In this document: positions 1 through 9,128 of the stretch, piece by piece
Layout of the letters: each line of letters starts with the position of its first letter
Numbering within the stretch: position 1 is the first letter of the stretch
Assembly (NCBI GenBank): GCA_963813065.1
Contig: CAWEXP010000006.1
Span: 55,779-119,778, forward strand
Direction: 5' to 3'
From: Candidatus Kaiserbacteria bacterium
GTDB taxonomy: Bacteria; Patescibacteriota; Minisyncoccia; Phycocordibacterales; Phycocordibacteraceae
DNA length: 64,000 nucleotides
Program-made: the position numbers and the translations under genes
Notes under the pieces: model-generated
What the model saw: the letters and a program-made list of their open reading frames with translations, nothing else
Told to the model about the DNA's origin: nothing
Databases searched by the model: none

Positions 1-24
1 CATCGCTCTCGAACGGCGGCTAAC

Positions 25-282
25 ATGACTTTTGCAAATTGGGTCAATAGCATCATCGGCGCGCTCAACACGATCGTCGTGCCGATCATCTTCGCGCTCG
101 CCTTTATCTCCTTCCTCTGGGGCGTCGTGAATTATTTCTTCCTCCATCCGGGCGACGAGTCCAAGCGCGCCGAGGGTCGCCAGTTCGTCTTGTGGGGCAT
201 TCTCGGGATGGTCGTCCTCTTCTCGGTCTGGGGAGTCGTCAATATATTGTTATCCACGCTCGGCATCGCGCCCTCGGCGTAG
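25..282 (+). CDS. TrbC/VirB2-like T4SS pilin family small membrane protein (paralog 1)
   Basis: 85 aa with two hydrophobic helices; conserved core VVPIIFALAFISFLWGV...LWGILGMVVLFSVWGVVNIL shared with the next four ORFs; resembles the CPR-type T4SS pilin family. Confidence 0.55.
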   Translation: MTFANWVNSIIGALNTIVVPIIFALAFISFLWGVVNYFFLHPGDESKRAEGRQFVLWGILGMVVLFSVWGVVNILLSTLGIAPSA

Positions 283-300
283 TATGCGATACTTACCTCT

Positions 301-639
301 ATGAACTTCTCGCTTATCATTTCTTCGGGTAGTACGTGCACGGGAGCTATCTGTAATCTCGCGAACACCATCCTCTATCTTATTAACTATGTCGCGGTGC
401 CGGTGCTCTTCGCGCTCGCCTTTATCGTCTTCCTTTGGGGCATTGCGAGCGCCTACATTTTCTCGCACGGTGATCCAGACAAGGTGGCAGAGGGCCATAA
501 GCTGGTGCTCTGGGGCATCATCGGCTTCGTCGTGATGATCTCGCTCTGGGGCCTGGTCAATGTCGTCTCCTCGACCTTCGGCCTCTCGGGCTATGGCGCG
601 CCGCCGCTCCCGACCAGTAATCACTCGGTGGTCCTATGA
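301..639 (+). CDS. TrbC/VirB2-like pilin family protein (paralog 2)
   Basis: Same two-helix core (VPVLFALAFIVFLWGI ... LVLWGIIGFVVMISLWGLVNV) as paralog 1, in tandem. Confidence 0.55.
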   Translation: MNFSLIISSGSTCTGAICNLANTILYLINYVAVPVLFALAFIVFLWGIASAYIFSHGDPDKVAEGHKLVLWGIIGFVVMISLWGLVNVVSSTFGLSGYGAPPLPTSNHSVVL

Positions 640-1754
640 GCGGCATCAACACCTCGTATCTCCAGGGTTACGAATCGAGCATCGTCGGCATCATCAACGG
701 TATCCTCGTCCCGCTCCTGATCGCGGTTGCCTTTATCGTCTTCCTCTGGGGCGTCTACAACTACTTCATCGCGGGCGCTGCTAATCCCGATAAGCGACAA
801 GAGGGAACGCAGTTTGTCTTGTATGGCGTTATCGGTCTCGTGATTATCTTCTCGGTCTGGGGCCTGGTGCAAATATTCCAAGGTACGCTCGGACTCTCGG
901 CCGGTACCATGCCCGCATATCCGACTCTAGGCACGCCGAGTTCAAACGCGGTCAATGCCGCGACGGGCGCCGTCACAGGCGCGGCGGCTACGGTCCCGGC
1001 CGGTGCGACAGTCACCGGCTACACGGCGACCGGTCAGCCAATTTATTCTGCTCCCGCGGGCACGACGATTCCGGGTTACGTCATTACCGGTACTACCGCG
1101 ACCGGTCAGCCGATCTATTCGCCCGCATCAGCGACCGGCTCCGGCTCGGGTGGCAATGATGGAACTGTCGGACAAGGAGGCAACTGCGAAAACAACGCAC
1201 AGGCTTGTTCTTCAGGATACATATGTCAAGTTAACAACAATGGTAATGACACTTGTGTTTCAGCAACGAGTGCAACAGGGCAAATCGCCTGCGACACGGG
1301 CTCCGTTCCCGCTGGAACCCAGTGCGCAAAGTGTTCAAATGGAGAAACTGCCGATACAGGAACTGATTGTCCAACCGGCAGCTCTGTAGTGGTGCCACAG
1401 GACAATTCCCTTGCAGCAGGAGGAGATTGCGAGGAGAATATAAATGCCTGCCAGTCCGGGCTTATCTGTCAGCAGATCGCAAACGGCGATGACACGTGTG
1501 TATCACCAAATAGCAGTCCAGGAGATGGAACGCTTGGAGCAGGAGGGGATTGTGAACAAAATGCTAATGCTTGTTCTTCAGGTTATTCGTGCCAGCAAAA
1601 CGCAAATGGCGACGACACGTGTGTAGCGTCTGGCGGCGCAACAGGACAGATTGCGTGTGACGCAGGCTCGGTTCCAGCTGGTCAGAGTTGTGTCTCATGT
1701 TGGGATGGCAGTACAGCCGATACTGCAGGTGATTGTCCCGCAAATCCTAATTAA
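636..1754 (+). CDS. TrbC/VirB2-like pilin family protein with long Gly/Thr/Cys-rich repeated C-terminal extension (paralog 3)
   Basis: N-terminal 110 aa carry the same pilin core. C-terminal ~260 aa contain three ~30-aa repeats GG(N/D)CExNxxAC(S/Q)SGxxCQ..NG(N/D)DTCV and two repeats ATGQIACDxGSVPAG..C..C..G.TADT..DCP. DNA from ~1140-1750 is visibly AT-richer than the flanks. Start codon overlaps the paralog-2 stop. Confidence 0.55.
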   Translation: MSGINTSYLQGYESSIVGIINGILVPLLIAVAFIVFLWGVYNYFIAGAANPDKRQEGTQFVLYGVIGLVIIFSVWGLVQIFQGTLGLSAGTMPAYPTLGTPSSNAVNAATGAVTGAAATVPAGATVTGYTATGQPIYSAPAGTTIPGYVITGTTATGQPIYSPASATGSGSGGNDGTVGQGGNCENNAQACSSGYICQVNNNGNDTCVSATSATGQIACDTGSVPAGTQCAKCSNGETADTGTDCPTGSSVVVPQDNSLAAGGDCEENINACQSGLICQQIANGDDTCVSPNSSPGDGTLGAGGDCEQNANACSSGYSCQQNANGDDTCVASGGATGQIACDAGSVPAGQSCVSCWDGSTADTAGDCPANPN

Positions 1755-1853
1755 AAACTGTGCGGTTTATTGATTATCCCCACATGCGCGAGAAATGCAT
1801 TGACCAGGCGCACGGGAGCGTTACACTACTAGAGTTATTCACTTACCCATACT

Positions 1854-2231
1854 ATGAAAAAAGCCCTCGTACCCGTTCTCGGAACTCTCGCGGCATTCGC
1901 TCTGCCGCTCGTTTCTTTCGCCGCTATCAACAACATCGCGGATGCCGGTTCCTTCTTTATCAACACGGTCAACAATATCGTCGTTCCGGTGCTCTTCGCG
2001 CTCGCCTTCATCGTCTTCCTCTTCGGCGTGTTCGAGACTTTCATTTGGGGTGCCAATAGCGAAGAGGTCAGAGAGAAGGGCAAGAACCTCATGCTCTGGG
2101 GCCTCATCGGATTCTTCGTCATGGTCTCGGTCTGGGGCTTGGTGAACATCCTCACGGGCACGATCTCCTTCGGTAACAACTCCGGTCCGACCGGCGGCAC
2201 GCCGACGGCAGGTGTCCAGGTCGGCGGCTAA
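1854..2231 (+). CDS. TrbC/VirB2-like pilin family protein (paralog 4) with cleavable signal peptide
   Basis: MKKALVPVLGTLAAFALPLVSFA signal-like N-terminus followed by the same core (VVPVLFALAFIVFLFGV...LMLWGLIGFFVMVSVWGLVNIL). Confidence 0.55.
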   Translation: MKKALVPVLGTLAAFALPLVSFAAINNIADAGSFFINTVNNIVVPVLFALAFIVFLFGVFETFIWGANSEEVREKGKNLMLWGLIGFFVMVSVWGLVNILTGTISFGNNSGPTGGTPTAGVQVGG

Positions 2232-2529
2232 CTCTATGTTGAACGCGGCCGCCGCCGCTTCTGCGGGGAATCCAGTGCTCACTGGATTCCTTCAGCGCGT
2301 CGTAGTGCAAATCATCAATCCGATTATTCTCCTCCTCGCGGCGGGCGCGTTCGTGGTTTTCCTCTGGGGCGTGTTCGAGTTCATCCGCAACGCGGGCGAC
2401 GAGAAGGCGCGCCTCGAGGGCCGGAGCGCCATCCTTTGGGGCTTCGTTGGACTCGTGATTATCTTCGGCGCGTATGGACTCATCAACGTCGTGCTCACGA
2501 CCTTCAATATTCCAAACATCACCCATTAG
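2212..2529 (+). CDS. TrbC/VirB2-like pilin family protein (paralog 5)
   Basis: Core IILLLAAGAFVVFLWGV...AILWGFVGLVIIFGAYGLINVV. The true start may be the internal Met at ~2236. Confidence 0.5.
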   Translation: MSRSAANSMLNAAAAASAGNPVLTGFLQRVVVQIINPIILLLAAGAFVVFLWGVFEFIRNAGDEKARLEGRSAILWGFVGLVIIFGAYGLINVVLTTFNIPNITH

Positions 2530-2611
2530 TGCTGGGGGAGAGACTTGAACTCTCAACCCTTACGGGACATGGTCCTAAGCCATGCGCGTATACCAATTCC
2601 GCCACCCCAGC
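2530..2611 (-). tRNA. tRNA-Leu (anticodon TAG)
   Basis: Reverse complement folds as a type II tRNA: acceptor GCTGGGG/CCCCAGC, anticodon loop CTTAGGA, long variable arm, T-loop GAGAGTTCAAGTCTCTC. Confidence 0.8.
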
Positions 2612-2700
2612 GTTCCAATCAGATTAACATAGCATAAGTCTTGAAACCTAGGAGAATGCTATGGTTTTATGGGTTGTCATATGGTAACCTATAGAATACT

Positions 2701-2976
2701 ATGCCAACCAATAAAAATGTCGGCTACCAGACGTTTATTTCAACCTCTGAACTGGCGAGGCTTATGGGTGTTAGTCGGCAAGCAATTCTGAAAAAAATAA
2801 AAACCGGCAATATACATGCCCAAAAAGTCGGAAGGAATTACATCATACCGGCTGAAGAATTTGCTTCCGCGGTCGGAGAGTTTGTTTCTCAGAAGAAAAA
2901 AGAAGAAATTGAACGTGTGGTGAAAAAAGCGGTTAAAGAATACCGAGAGACGCTTCGTCTACTCGGGCGTGAATAA
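2701..2976 (+). CDS. HTH DNA-binding protein (excisionase/HTH_17-like); candidate antitoxin partner of the downstream Doc
   Basis: 91 aa with helix-turn-helix signature SELARLMGVSRQAILKKIK. Ends 4 nt before the Doc gene. Local AT-rich patch. Confidence 0.45.
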   Translation: MPTNKNVGYQTFISTSELARLMGVSRQAILKKIKTGNIHAQKVGRNYIIPAEEFASAVGEFVSQKKKEEIERVVKKAVKEYRETLRLLGRE

Positions 2977-2979
2977 GGT

Positions 2980-3444
2980 ATGGCGAGAAGGCCGATCAAG
3001 TCGCTATCGGTTGTTGAGGTTGAATATGTTGCGCACCGTCTTGCGCAAGAGTTGATGGATTATGGCGAGCCCATACCGCCGTTCAATACTCGTTTTCCAG
3101 ATCGTCTTGAAAGTTGCTTGAAAACTCCTTTCCAGAAGTTCGACAATAAAAGTCTTTATGCGGGCCTTGTGCTTAAGGCGGCAATGTTGTTCTACTTGAT
3201 GGTAAAAAATCATCCTTTTCAAAACGGCAACAAGAGAGTTGCGGTATTAACGTTGCTTGTTTTCCTCAGCGAGAATGGGCGTTGGTTGAAAGTAGCCAAT
3301 ATTACGCTCTACACATTTGCCAGAGAGATAGCAGAGAGTGACTCTGCGAAAAGCAGAGAAACAATAAGACACATCGTGGATTTCATAGAAAATTATGCCA
3401 TCCACTCTTCTGAAGATGAAATTGTGGAGGATGAAACGTTCTAA
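2980..3444 (+). CDS. Fic/Doc family toxin (death-on-curing-like)
   Basis: 154 aa with the Doc-type Fic motif HPFQNGNKRVAV (HxFx(N/D)GNKR). Confidence 0.6.
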   Translation: MARRPIKSLSVVEVEYVAHRLAQELMDYGEPIPPFNTRFPDRLESCLKTPFQKFDNKSLYAGLVLKAAMLFYLMVKNHPFQNGNKRVAVLTLLVFLSENGRWLKVANITLYTFAREIAESDSAKSRETIRHIVDFIENYAIHSSEDEIVEDETF

Positions 3445-3451
3445 TTTTATT

Positions 3452-5014
3452 TTACGCCTTCGGCAAGGTGAACCAGAAGGTACTGCCGAGGTCGGTGCCG
3501 GGGGAGTCGAAGCCAACCGTGCCACCCTGGCGCTCGGCGAGATTCTTCAAGAGCGAGAGGCCGAGGCCGGTGCCTTCGGTGTCGGCAATGCGCGCCGAGT
3601 CGGCGCGGAAGAAGCCGGAGAAAATGCTTTTACGATTCTCGGGCGCGATACCGATGCCGGTATCGGTAACTGAAAAACGGACGTTGCCGCGATCATCGGG
3701 CGCGATATATACCGCAATCGAGCCTATCGTTGTGTAGTGAACGGCATTCTCGACGAGCACATCAATCATCGAGGCAACGGCGCGCTCTGCGGCAAGCGCA
3801 CGCACGGCCTTGGAGAAGTCGGTCGTGACCACGATCTTTTTTCGTTCGGTCTCGGTTTTGAAACGCTCCAGCGCGGCTTGGGTAAGCGGCACGAGATCGA
3901 CCGGTGCCTTCTGGAGCGCCGTCGCTTCGCCCGAGTGCGAGACTTCAATCAGCGCGTTCGTCAGCTCGACGAGACGGTTCGCCGCTTCGTCGATGTGCGC
4001 GAGGCCGGTACGTGTCGCGTCATCGACATTCGGGTGCTCAAGCATCTCGGCGATACTCCAGCGGATTTCGGTCAGCGGCGTGCGGAGCTTGTGCGTCGCG
4101 ACCGTGATGAACTCGTACTTGAGCCGCTCGCTTTCATTCAACTGCCAGAGCACTAAGCGACCGACGGCGAGTGCGATCAATGCCACAATGAGTGGAAGCA
4201 TCCAGAATTGGAGTTCGGGAATCACTCGCGCCAAGACCGAGTTCAAAAGAAGTAGGACCACGAGGAAGGCCGTGACCGCGGCAATCGCCAGCGCGTAGTA
4301 GAAGGTGCGTCGCACCGCAATGCGGATGTCGAGGAGATCGTTCGCGAAGATACCGTACGCAATCGGGAGCATGCAGAAGCCGGTCAACAGGCCCAGAATT
4401 GGATCAATGGGCACATCGAAGACGGGCAGGAAATTGATCGAGCCGAAGAGATAGGCAATCACGAACATGAGGATGAAATATTCGAACCGTTTGCGCTCGA
4501 CCCCGGTCGAGGATCGGTAGACCAGGGTGAGATTCACTATCGGCACCAGCGGGAAGCCCAGGAAATAGGCAAGCATGACGCCATAGAGCCAGCCACCCTC
4601 GAGATAATAGAAGAAGTATGCCTTGGGGAGCACGGTGGGCAAGAACCATGAGGGCTCAAGGCGCGCGGCAAGCAGGATGGCGATGCCGACGCCATAGCTC
4701 AAGATAATATACCAGCGCAATACCTTGTCTTTACCCGCGACGCGGAGGACGAAGTGCACCACGAACATCACAATAAAAACGTCGACGATATTGAGCGACC
4801 ACCAGAAGTAGGCGGGTGCGTAGGAGGTCTGCAGAGCGGCAATGATAAAGAAGACCTCGTACAAGAACACGCCGATGATCATGAAAAAGAAGAGCTGGTT
4901 CTCCAGCTTGCGCCATTTCTGTGTCGCGACGAAGGCGGAGACGCCGAGCAGAAGCGCTCCCGAGAGGGCGTGCCCCGCGATGGCAACCAAGAGCTCTGGC
5001 GGAAAGGTGTTCAT
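3452..5014 (-). CDS. Membrane sensor histidine kinase
   Basis: Multi-TM N-terminal domain; HisKA H-box ATHKLRTPLTEIRWSIAEM; HATPase_c G-boxes (DTGIGI, GTGLGLSL). Confidence 0.8.
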   Translation of the reverse strand: MNTFPPELLVAIAGHALSGALLLGVSAFVATQKWRKLENQLFFFMIIGVFLYEVFFIIAALQTSYAPAYFWWSLNIVDVFIVMFVVHFVLRVAGKDKVLRWYIILSYGVGIAILLAARLEPSWFLPTVLPKAYFFYYLEGGWLYGVMLAYFLGFPLVPIVNLTLVYRSSTGVERKRFEYFILMFVIAYLFGSINFLPVFDVPIDPILGLLTGFCMLPIAYGIFANDLLDIRIAVRRTFYYALAIAAVTAFLVVLLLLNSVLARVIPELQFWMLPLIVALIALAVGRLVLWQLNESERLKYEFITVATHKLRTPLTEIRWSIAEMLEHPNVDDATRTGLAHIDEAANRLVELTNALIEVSHSGEATALQKAPVDLVPLTQAALERFKTETERKKIVVTTDFSKAVRALAAERAVASMIDVLVENAVHYTTIGSIAVYIAPDDRGNVRFSVTDTGIGIAPENRKSIFSGFFRADSARIADTEGTGLGLSLLKNLAERQGGTVGFDSPGTDLGSTFWFTLPKA

Positions 5015-5022
5015 CGCCGGAT

Positions 5023-5415
5023 CTACGGCGTCTTGAGGCGCGCTTTCACCCTATCGACTATTTCGTTGGGGAGCGTCATCGCCTTAACCATGAAGTCTTC
5101 GGCACCGAGCGCACGCAGTTCTTTCTGTTCTGTTTCCGCGCTGAGGTTGGAGAGAACGATGATGGGAATATTTTTGGTCGCGGGGTCAGCCTTCAATTGT
5201 TTCAAGACCTCTTTGCCGTCAATCTTCGGCAAGACCAGATCGAGCAAGACGAGATCCGGTTTCTCTCGGCGAATGAGCTCGAGGCCCGATTCACCATCCC
5301 CTGCGGTAGCGGTCGAATATCCCGCTTCGGTCAACATCCTGCTCACGGTACCAGAAAAGAACGGCTCGTCTTCGACGTACACCACAACGATTCGGGCATG
5401 ATGATCATCAGACAT
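5023..5415 (-). CDS. Response regulator, receiver domain only (CheY-like)
   Basis: Receiver-domain pattern (VVYVEDE...LLDLVLPKIDG...K). Start taken at internal MSDDHH. Adjacent to the histidine kinase. Confidence 0.75.
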   Translation of the reverse strand: MSDDHHARIVVVYVEDEPFFSGTVSRMLTEAGYSTATAGDGESGLELIRREKPDLVLLDLVLPKIDGKEVLKQLKADPATKNIPIIVLSNLSAETEQKELRALGAEDFMVKAMTLPNEIVDRVKARLKTP

Positions 5416-5478
5416 AGATAGTCCAAGTATACCCCGGGCCACGCGTGGCAAAAGGGGGACTGTGAGTAACGTAACGGG

Positions 5479-5551
5479 TGCGCCCACCAGGGCTCGAACC
5501 TGGGACCCACTGCTTAAGAGGCAGTTGCTCTACCAACTGAGCTATGGGCGC
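5479..5551 (-). tRNA. tRNA-Lys (anticodon CTT)
   Basis: Cloverleaf on minus strand: GCGCCCA acceptor, anticodon loop CTCTTAA, T-arm CCAGGTTCGAGCCCTGG. Confidence 0.8.
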
Positions 5552-5575
5552 AATATTTCCCTTATACCATATTTG

Positions 5576-5664
5576 TACCGAGGGTGAGACTCGAACTCAC
5601 ATGAAGGTTTTTAGGCCCTCTCAGGATTTTAAGTCCTGTGCGTCTACCATTCCGCCACCTCGGC
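5576..5664 (-). tRNA. tRNA-Leu (anticodon TAA)
   Basis: Type II tRNA on minus strand: acceptor GCCGAGG, anticodon loop CTTAAAA, long variable arm, T-arm GAGTTCGAGTCTC. Confidence 0.8.
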
Positions 5665-5668
5665 GAGC

Positions 5669-5938
5669 CTATACTGGCAACTTTATTTTCGTGTGCTGTG
5701 CAAGCGTTGCAATCTGCCGGTCGTGCCGTGCTAAGTGCACCGCGCCGGCACCGTTTTCTATATCGAGCCGGTGTATGGCACCGGCGATTCCATCGAGAGT
5801 ATTTTCTATACGTGCCGCCGTACCCGCAACAGTATCCAGCTTGTCATGGATTTCTCCCAATTCAACTTTGACGTCAGCGAGCTCCTCTTTGGTCGCGAAG
5901 ACCCCTTTCAATTTCGTGATGTCCGCGTTGGTAATCAT
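5669..5938 (-). CDS. Hypothetical small protein (coiled-coil-like)
   Basis: 89-aa ORF lying between tRNA genes; no recognisable domain. Confidence 0.3.
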   Translation of the reverse strand: MITNADITKLKGVFATKEELADVKVELGEIHDKLDTVAGTAARIENTLDGIAGAIHRLDIENGAGAVHLARHDRQIATLAQHTKIKLPV

Positions 5939-5965
5939 GTGAACAATATACTACCATGCAGAGAC

Positions 5966-6040
5966 GGCCCGGTGGCGAAGTGGTAACGCGACGGTCTGCA
6001 AAACCGTTATGCGCGGGTTCAATTCCCGCCCGGGCCTCCA
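5966..6040 (+). tRNA. tRNA-Cys (anticodon GCA), CCA encoded
   Basis: GGCCCGG acceptor, anticodon loop CTGCAAA, T-arm GCGGGTTCAATTCCCGC, 3' CCA. Confidence 0.8.
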
Positions 6041-6387
6041 GTGGTAGAGCGGTCGTCGAGCATGAAGTCGACGCGCGGGAGCGGGCGTAAGCGGGTGTGC
6101 TTTTTTAAATGTTCGGAAAAACTCGTGCGTTGGCGCTCGAGAAAAGAAATCGCGGCGCGACCGCGGTCCTCGGGGAAGACGGAGACGAAGACTGTCATGC
6201 GCCCGCCCGACCGGACGAGTCCGCTCGTTCGGGCAGGCTCGCCGTGCGAGAGCGGAAGTGCGCGGACGACCGTGATCAGGGAGCCAGGGCCCGCCTCCTG
6301 CGCGATGAAGTTCGCGGCTTCGTGCGCGATCAACTCGGCGGCGCGATCGTTGTGATGGCTCTTCGACCGGGGGCGTTCGGGATTCAT
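6019..6387 (-). CDS. rbfA: Ribosome-binding factor A
   Basis: ~120 aa with RbfA-like pattern (LITVVRA...SGLVRSGGRMTVFVSV...LRPLPRVDFMLD). Lies immediately downstream of infB, the classical gene order. 3' end overlaps tRNA-Cys on the opposite strand. Confidence 0.6.
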   Translation of the reverse strand: MNPERPRSKSHHNDRAAELIAHEAANFIAQEAGPGSLITVVRALPLSHGEPARTSGLVRSGGRMTVFVSVFPEDRGRAAISFLERQRTSFSEHLKKHTRLRPLPRVDFMLDDRSTTGGPGGN

Positions 6388-7853
6388 GATTCAGAAATAG
6401 TGAACGCGACGAGCTCGTCGCCGGGCGCGGCGTCCTCCTTGGCCTCAATCTCGGTGCCGAATTCGCCTTCGGTGTGGATCTCTTTCACATCAGCGCGCGC
6501 GACTTGGAGATTCAAAATCTTGCCACGGGCGATCTCCTCGCCGCGGCGTTCGAGCTTGACCAGTGCGCCGAGTGCGAAGGCGCCGGAGAGATGGCGCACG
6601 CCGAGCACCTGCCGCTTCGCGCCCGAGGAAAATGTTTTCAACACTTTCCCGCGGCCGAGCTCGACCTCGCGCGCGATGTGCGGTGCGCGCTCGGCGAGGA
6701 GCTCGGTAACTTTCTCTGACAATTCATAAATAATCGTGAACGATGCGATGGGGACGCCATCGCGCTCGGCGAGTTCGCGCGCGGCCGAGTCGACGCTGGT
6801 GTTGAAGGTGATAATCGTGGCACTCGCCGCCGAGGCAGACTTCACATCGCCCTCGGCCACCGAGCCGACGCCTGCAGAAATGATGGAAATCACCACACCT
6901 TCGTGCGAGAGCTTCAAGAGCTCGTGTTGGATCGCGTCGATGGAGCCCTGCACGTCAGCTTTGATGACGAGCGGGAGCTCAACGACGCCTTCGGCGAGGG
7001 TGTCGCGGGCGACCGCGGCTTTCGCGGCGTTCATCGTGGCATGAGTGAGCACCTCGGCTTCTTTTTTGGTCTTCGCGAGCGTGAAAGGCGTGCCGGCATC
7101 GGGCAATTTCGAGAATCCAGAAATGCGCACGGGCTCCGCGGGCCCAGCCGATTCGATCCGCTTACCGAGATAGTTCTCGATGAAGCGCACGGGCGCGAAA
7201 GCGTCACCCGCGACAACGAACGTCCCCGTATTGAGGGTGCCGTCGCGGATGATGAGTGTGGCAGAGGCGCCGCGCTTGGCGTCTTGAGTCGATTCGAGGA
7301 CGAAGCCCTCGGCCGGAGCCGCGACATCGGCAGTCAGCTCGAGGAGGTCGGCCGCGAGGAGCACGAGGTCGAGGAGCTCGGGGATGCCCGCGCCACTTTT
7401 ATTAGAAACGAGCGCGTACGGGATGTCGCCGCCGAGGCCCTCGATATAGACGCCGTGTTCGAGCAGGGAATTCTTTGCGTGTTCGACGTCGGCATTATTT
7501 TTATCAATTTTTGTAATCGCGACGACGAAAGGAATTTTCGCTTCTTGGATTGCGGCGAGTGCATCGAGCGTTTGCGGCATCACGCCCTCGTCCGCCGCGA
7601 CGACGAGGATGGCGATGTCGGCCGACTGTGCGCCGCGTGCCCGCAGAGTTTTAAAAGCTTCGTGCCCGGGCGTATCGAGAAAGGTAACCTTGCGCCCCTG
7701 ATGTTCGGCAACATACGCCGAGACGTGTTGGGTAATCCCGCCCGCTTCGCCGGCCACCGTATTGGCGGTCCGGATATAATCGAGGAGGGAAGACTTGCCG
7801 TGGTCTATGTGACCCATCACCGCGATGATGGGCGCTCGCGCGGTTCTCGCCAT
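6384..7853 (-). CDS. infB: Translation initiation factor IF-2 (short form)
   Basis: G-domain motifs [27 protein letters not shown]; IF2 domain order; 489 aa. Confidence 0.85.
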   Translation of the reverse strand: MARTARAPIIAVMGHIDHGKSSLLDYIRTANTVAGEAGGITQHVSAYVAEHQGRKVTFLDTPGHEAFKTLRARGAQSADIAILVVAADEGVMPQTLDALAAIQEAKIPFVVAITKIDKNNADVEHAKNSLLEHGVYIEGLGGDIPYALVSNKSGAGIPELLDLVLLAADLLELTADVAAPAEGFVLESTQDAKRGASATLIIRDGTLNTGTFVVAGDAFAPVRFIENYLGKRIESAGPAEPVRISGFSKLPDAGTPFTLAKTKKEAEVLTHATMNAAKAAVARDTLAEGVVELPLVIKADVQGSIDAIQHELLKLSHEGVVISIISAGVGSVAEGDVKSASAASATIITFNTSVDSAARELAERDGVPIASFTIIYELSEKVTELLAERAPHIAREVELGRGKVLKTFSSGAKRQVLGVRHLSGAFALGALVKLERRGEEIARGKILNLQVARADVKEIHTEGEFGTEIEAKEDAAPGDELVAFTISES

Positions 7854-7910
7854 ATAGAGCCTATTTCATCATAAAAATGGCTTTACTGCAATGTGCGGTA
7901 GAATGAAGAA

Positions 7911-9116
7911 ATGTTTTTCAAGAAGCGAACATATCTCGATTATGCCGCGGGGGCTAAAGGGAATCCGAGCTCAGCGCATGAGGAAGGCCGCAGGTCCCGA
8001 GAGCAACTCGAGGGAGCCCGCAAAGACATTGCAACTCTGACGGAGGTGAAACCAGACGACATCATTTTCACCAGCGGCGCGACGGAGGCGAATGCCATCG
8101 CCATCCTTGGGATAGGTAACTGTGAAGGTCAGACCTTCACAAAAAAACATGCGCTGTATTTGCCGAGTGCCCACGCGTCGATAGTCGAAAATATGAAATT
8201 GCTCGAGGAACGGGGAGTCGTGGTCGAGCCGTTGCCGATTAAAAATGGACAAGTTGATTGCCCAGCACTCGAAAAAATGATTCGACCGGAAACGGTGCTT
8301 GTTGCGATGGACGCGGTCTGTGGTGAGACGGGGACAATCTGGAATACGCGTGAGGTTGCAAATGTTCTGCGCGTGGCGGAGAAACGTTTTCTAGCTCCCT
8401 CGGGCCTCATCGGAATGAGTCAGCCAGTCGCGTCGAAAAGCTTTTTCCCCTCACGGGCTCTTCTGCACGTGGACGCGAGTCAGGCGCCGATGACCGAAAA
8501 GATTTCGCGCGCACATTTCTCGGCCGACACTTTGGTTTTTGATTCGGTGAAAGTCGGTGGGCCGCGTGGCGTCGGGTGCCTCATCGCGCACCGTACCATT
8601 CCCATCGCTCCCTTATATAGAGGCGGCGGCCAGGAGCGCGGCCTGCGACCAGGCACCGAGAATCCCGAGGCGGCGAGAGATTTTGCGCGGGCATTACGGA
8701 CTGCGAATGAAAACCATGATGCATTTCGTGCACACTCAACTTCGCTTAGGGCGCTTCTGCTCAAGGATTTAGCAAGGTTAAACCTTAAGAATAATGCATC
8801 AAGGTTTAACCTTGCTATAAATGCCGGCAAGGAAGTCGCTCCACACATTTTGAATATCTCTCTGCCCGGCAAGGATACCGATTATCTCGTCGCGCTCCTC
8901 GATGAGGCCGGGTTCGCCGTCTCGACGCGGAGCGCGTGCGAGACCGATTCAGAAGAGGGTTCGCGCGCGGTCTTTGCATTGACCAATGATCTCGAACGCG
9001 CGAAATCAACCCTCCGCATCTCGTGGGGACCTGCCACCTCCGACCGCGATCTTGCGCGTTTTGCCGCCGAACTCGTGCGTCAGGTCGCCTTCATTGACAG
9101 CACGGCTTCGCGGTAG
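7911..9116 (+). CDS. Class V aminotransferase / cysteine desulfurase family protein
   Basis: NifS/IscS-like layout (TSGATEANAIAI..., HVDASQA..., SACETD near the C-terminus). Confidence 0.7.
   Translation: MFFKKRTYLDYAAGAKGNPSSAHEEGRRSREQLEGARKDIATLTEVKPDDIIFTSGATEANAIAILGIGNCEGQTFTKKHALYLPSAHASIVENMKLLEERGVVVEPLPIKNGQVDCPALEKMIRPETVLVAMDAVCGETGTIWNTREVANVLRVAEKRFLAPSGLIGMSQPVASKSFFPSRALLHVDASQAPMTEKISRAHFSADTLVFDSVKVGGPRGVGCLIAHRTIPIAPLYRGGGQERGLRPGTENPEAARDFARALRTANENHDAFRAHSTSLRALLLKDLARLNLKNNASRFNLAINAGKEVAPHILNISLPGKDTDYLVALLDEAGFAVSTRSACETDSEEGSRAVFALTNDLERAKSTLRISWGPATSDRDLARFAAELVRQVAFIDSTASR
8770..8817. repeat. REP-like palindromic element inside the cysteine desulfurase CDS (17-bp inverted arms TAGCAAGGTTAAACCTT, 14-nt spacer)
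   Basis: Perfect 17-bp inverted repeat. Core AGGTT(T)AAACCT is shared with the REPs flanking the RAYT at 56974 and 57668. Reads through in frame (LARLNLKNNASRFNLAI). Confidence 0.6.
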
Positions 9117-9128
9117 CATCATAGGCCT

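Noticed and set aside
250-624. Long antisense or overlapping ORFs inside GC-rich genes (e.g. 250-624 -, 3737-4298 +, 10141-11202 -, 24405-24818 +, 59136-60509 -)
   Set aside because: They are Arg/Ala/Pro-rich with low-complexity composition typical of spurious open frames opposite real high-GC genes, and each overlaps a gene with clear homology.
25-2529. Type IV (PilA-type) pilins for the five paralogs
   Set aside because: They lack the class III signal peptide (G|F/M-x-x-x-E) and instead have the long leader plus two-helix hairpin layout of conjugative TrbC/VirB2-type pilins.
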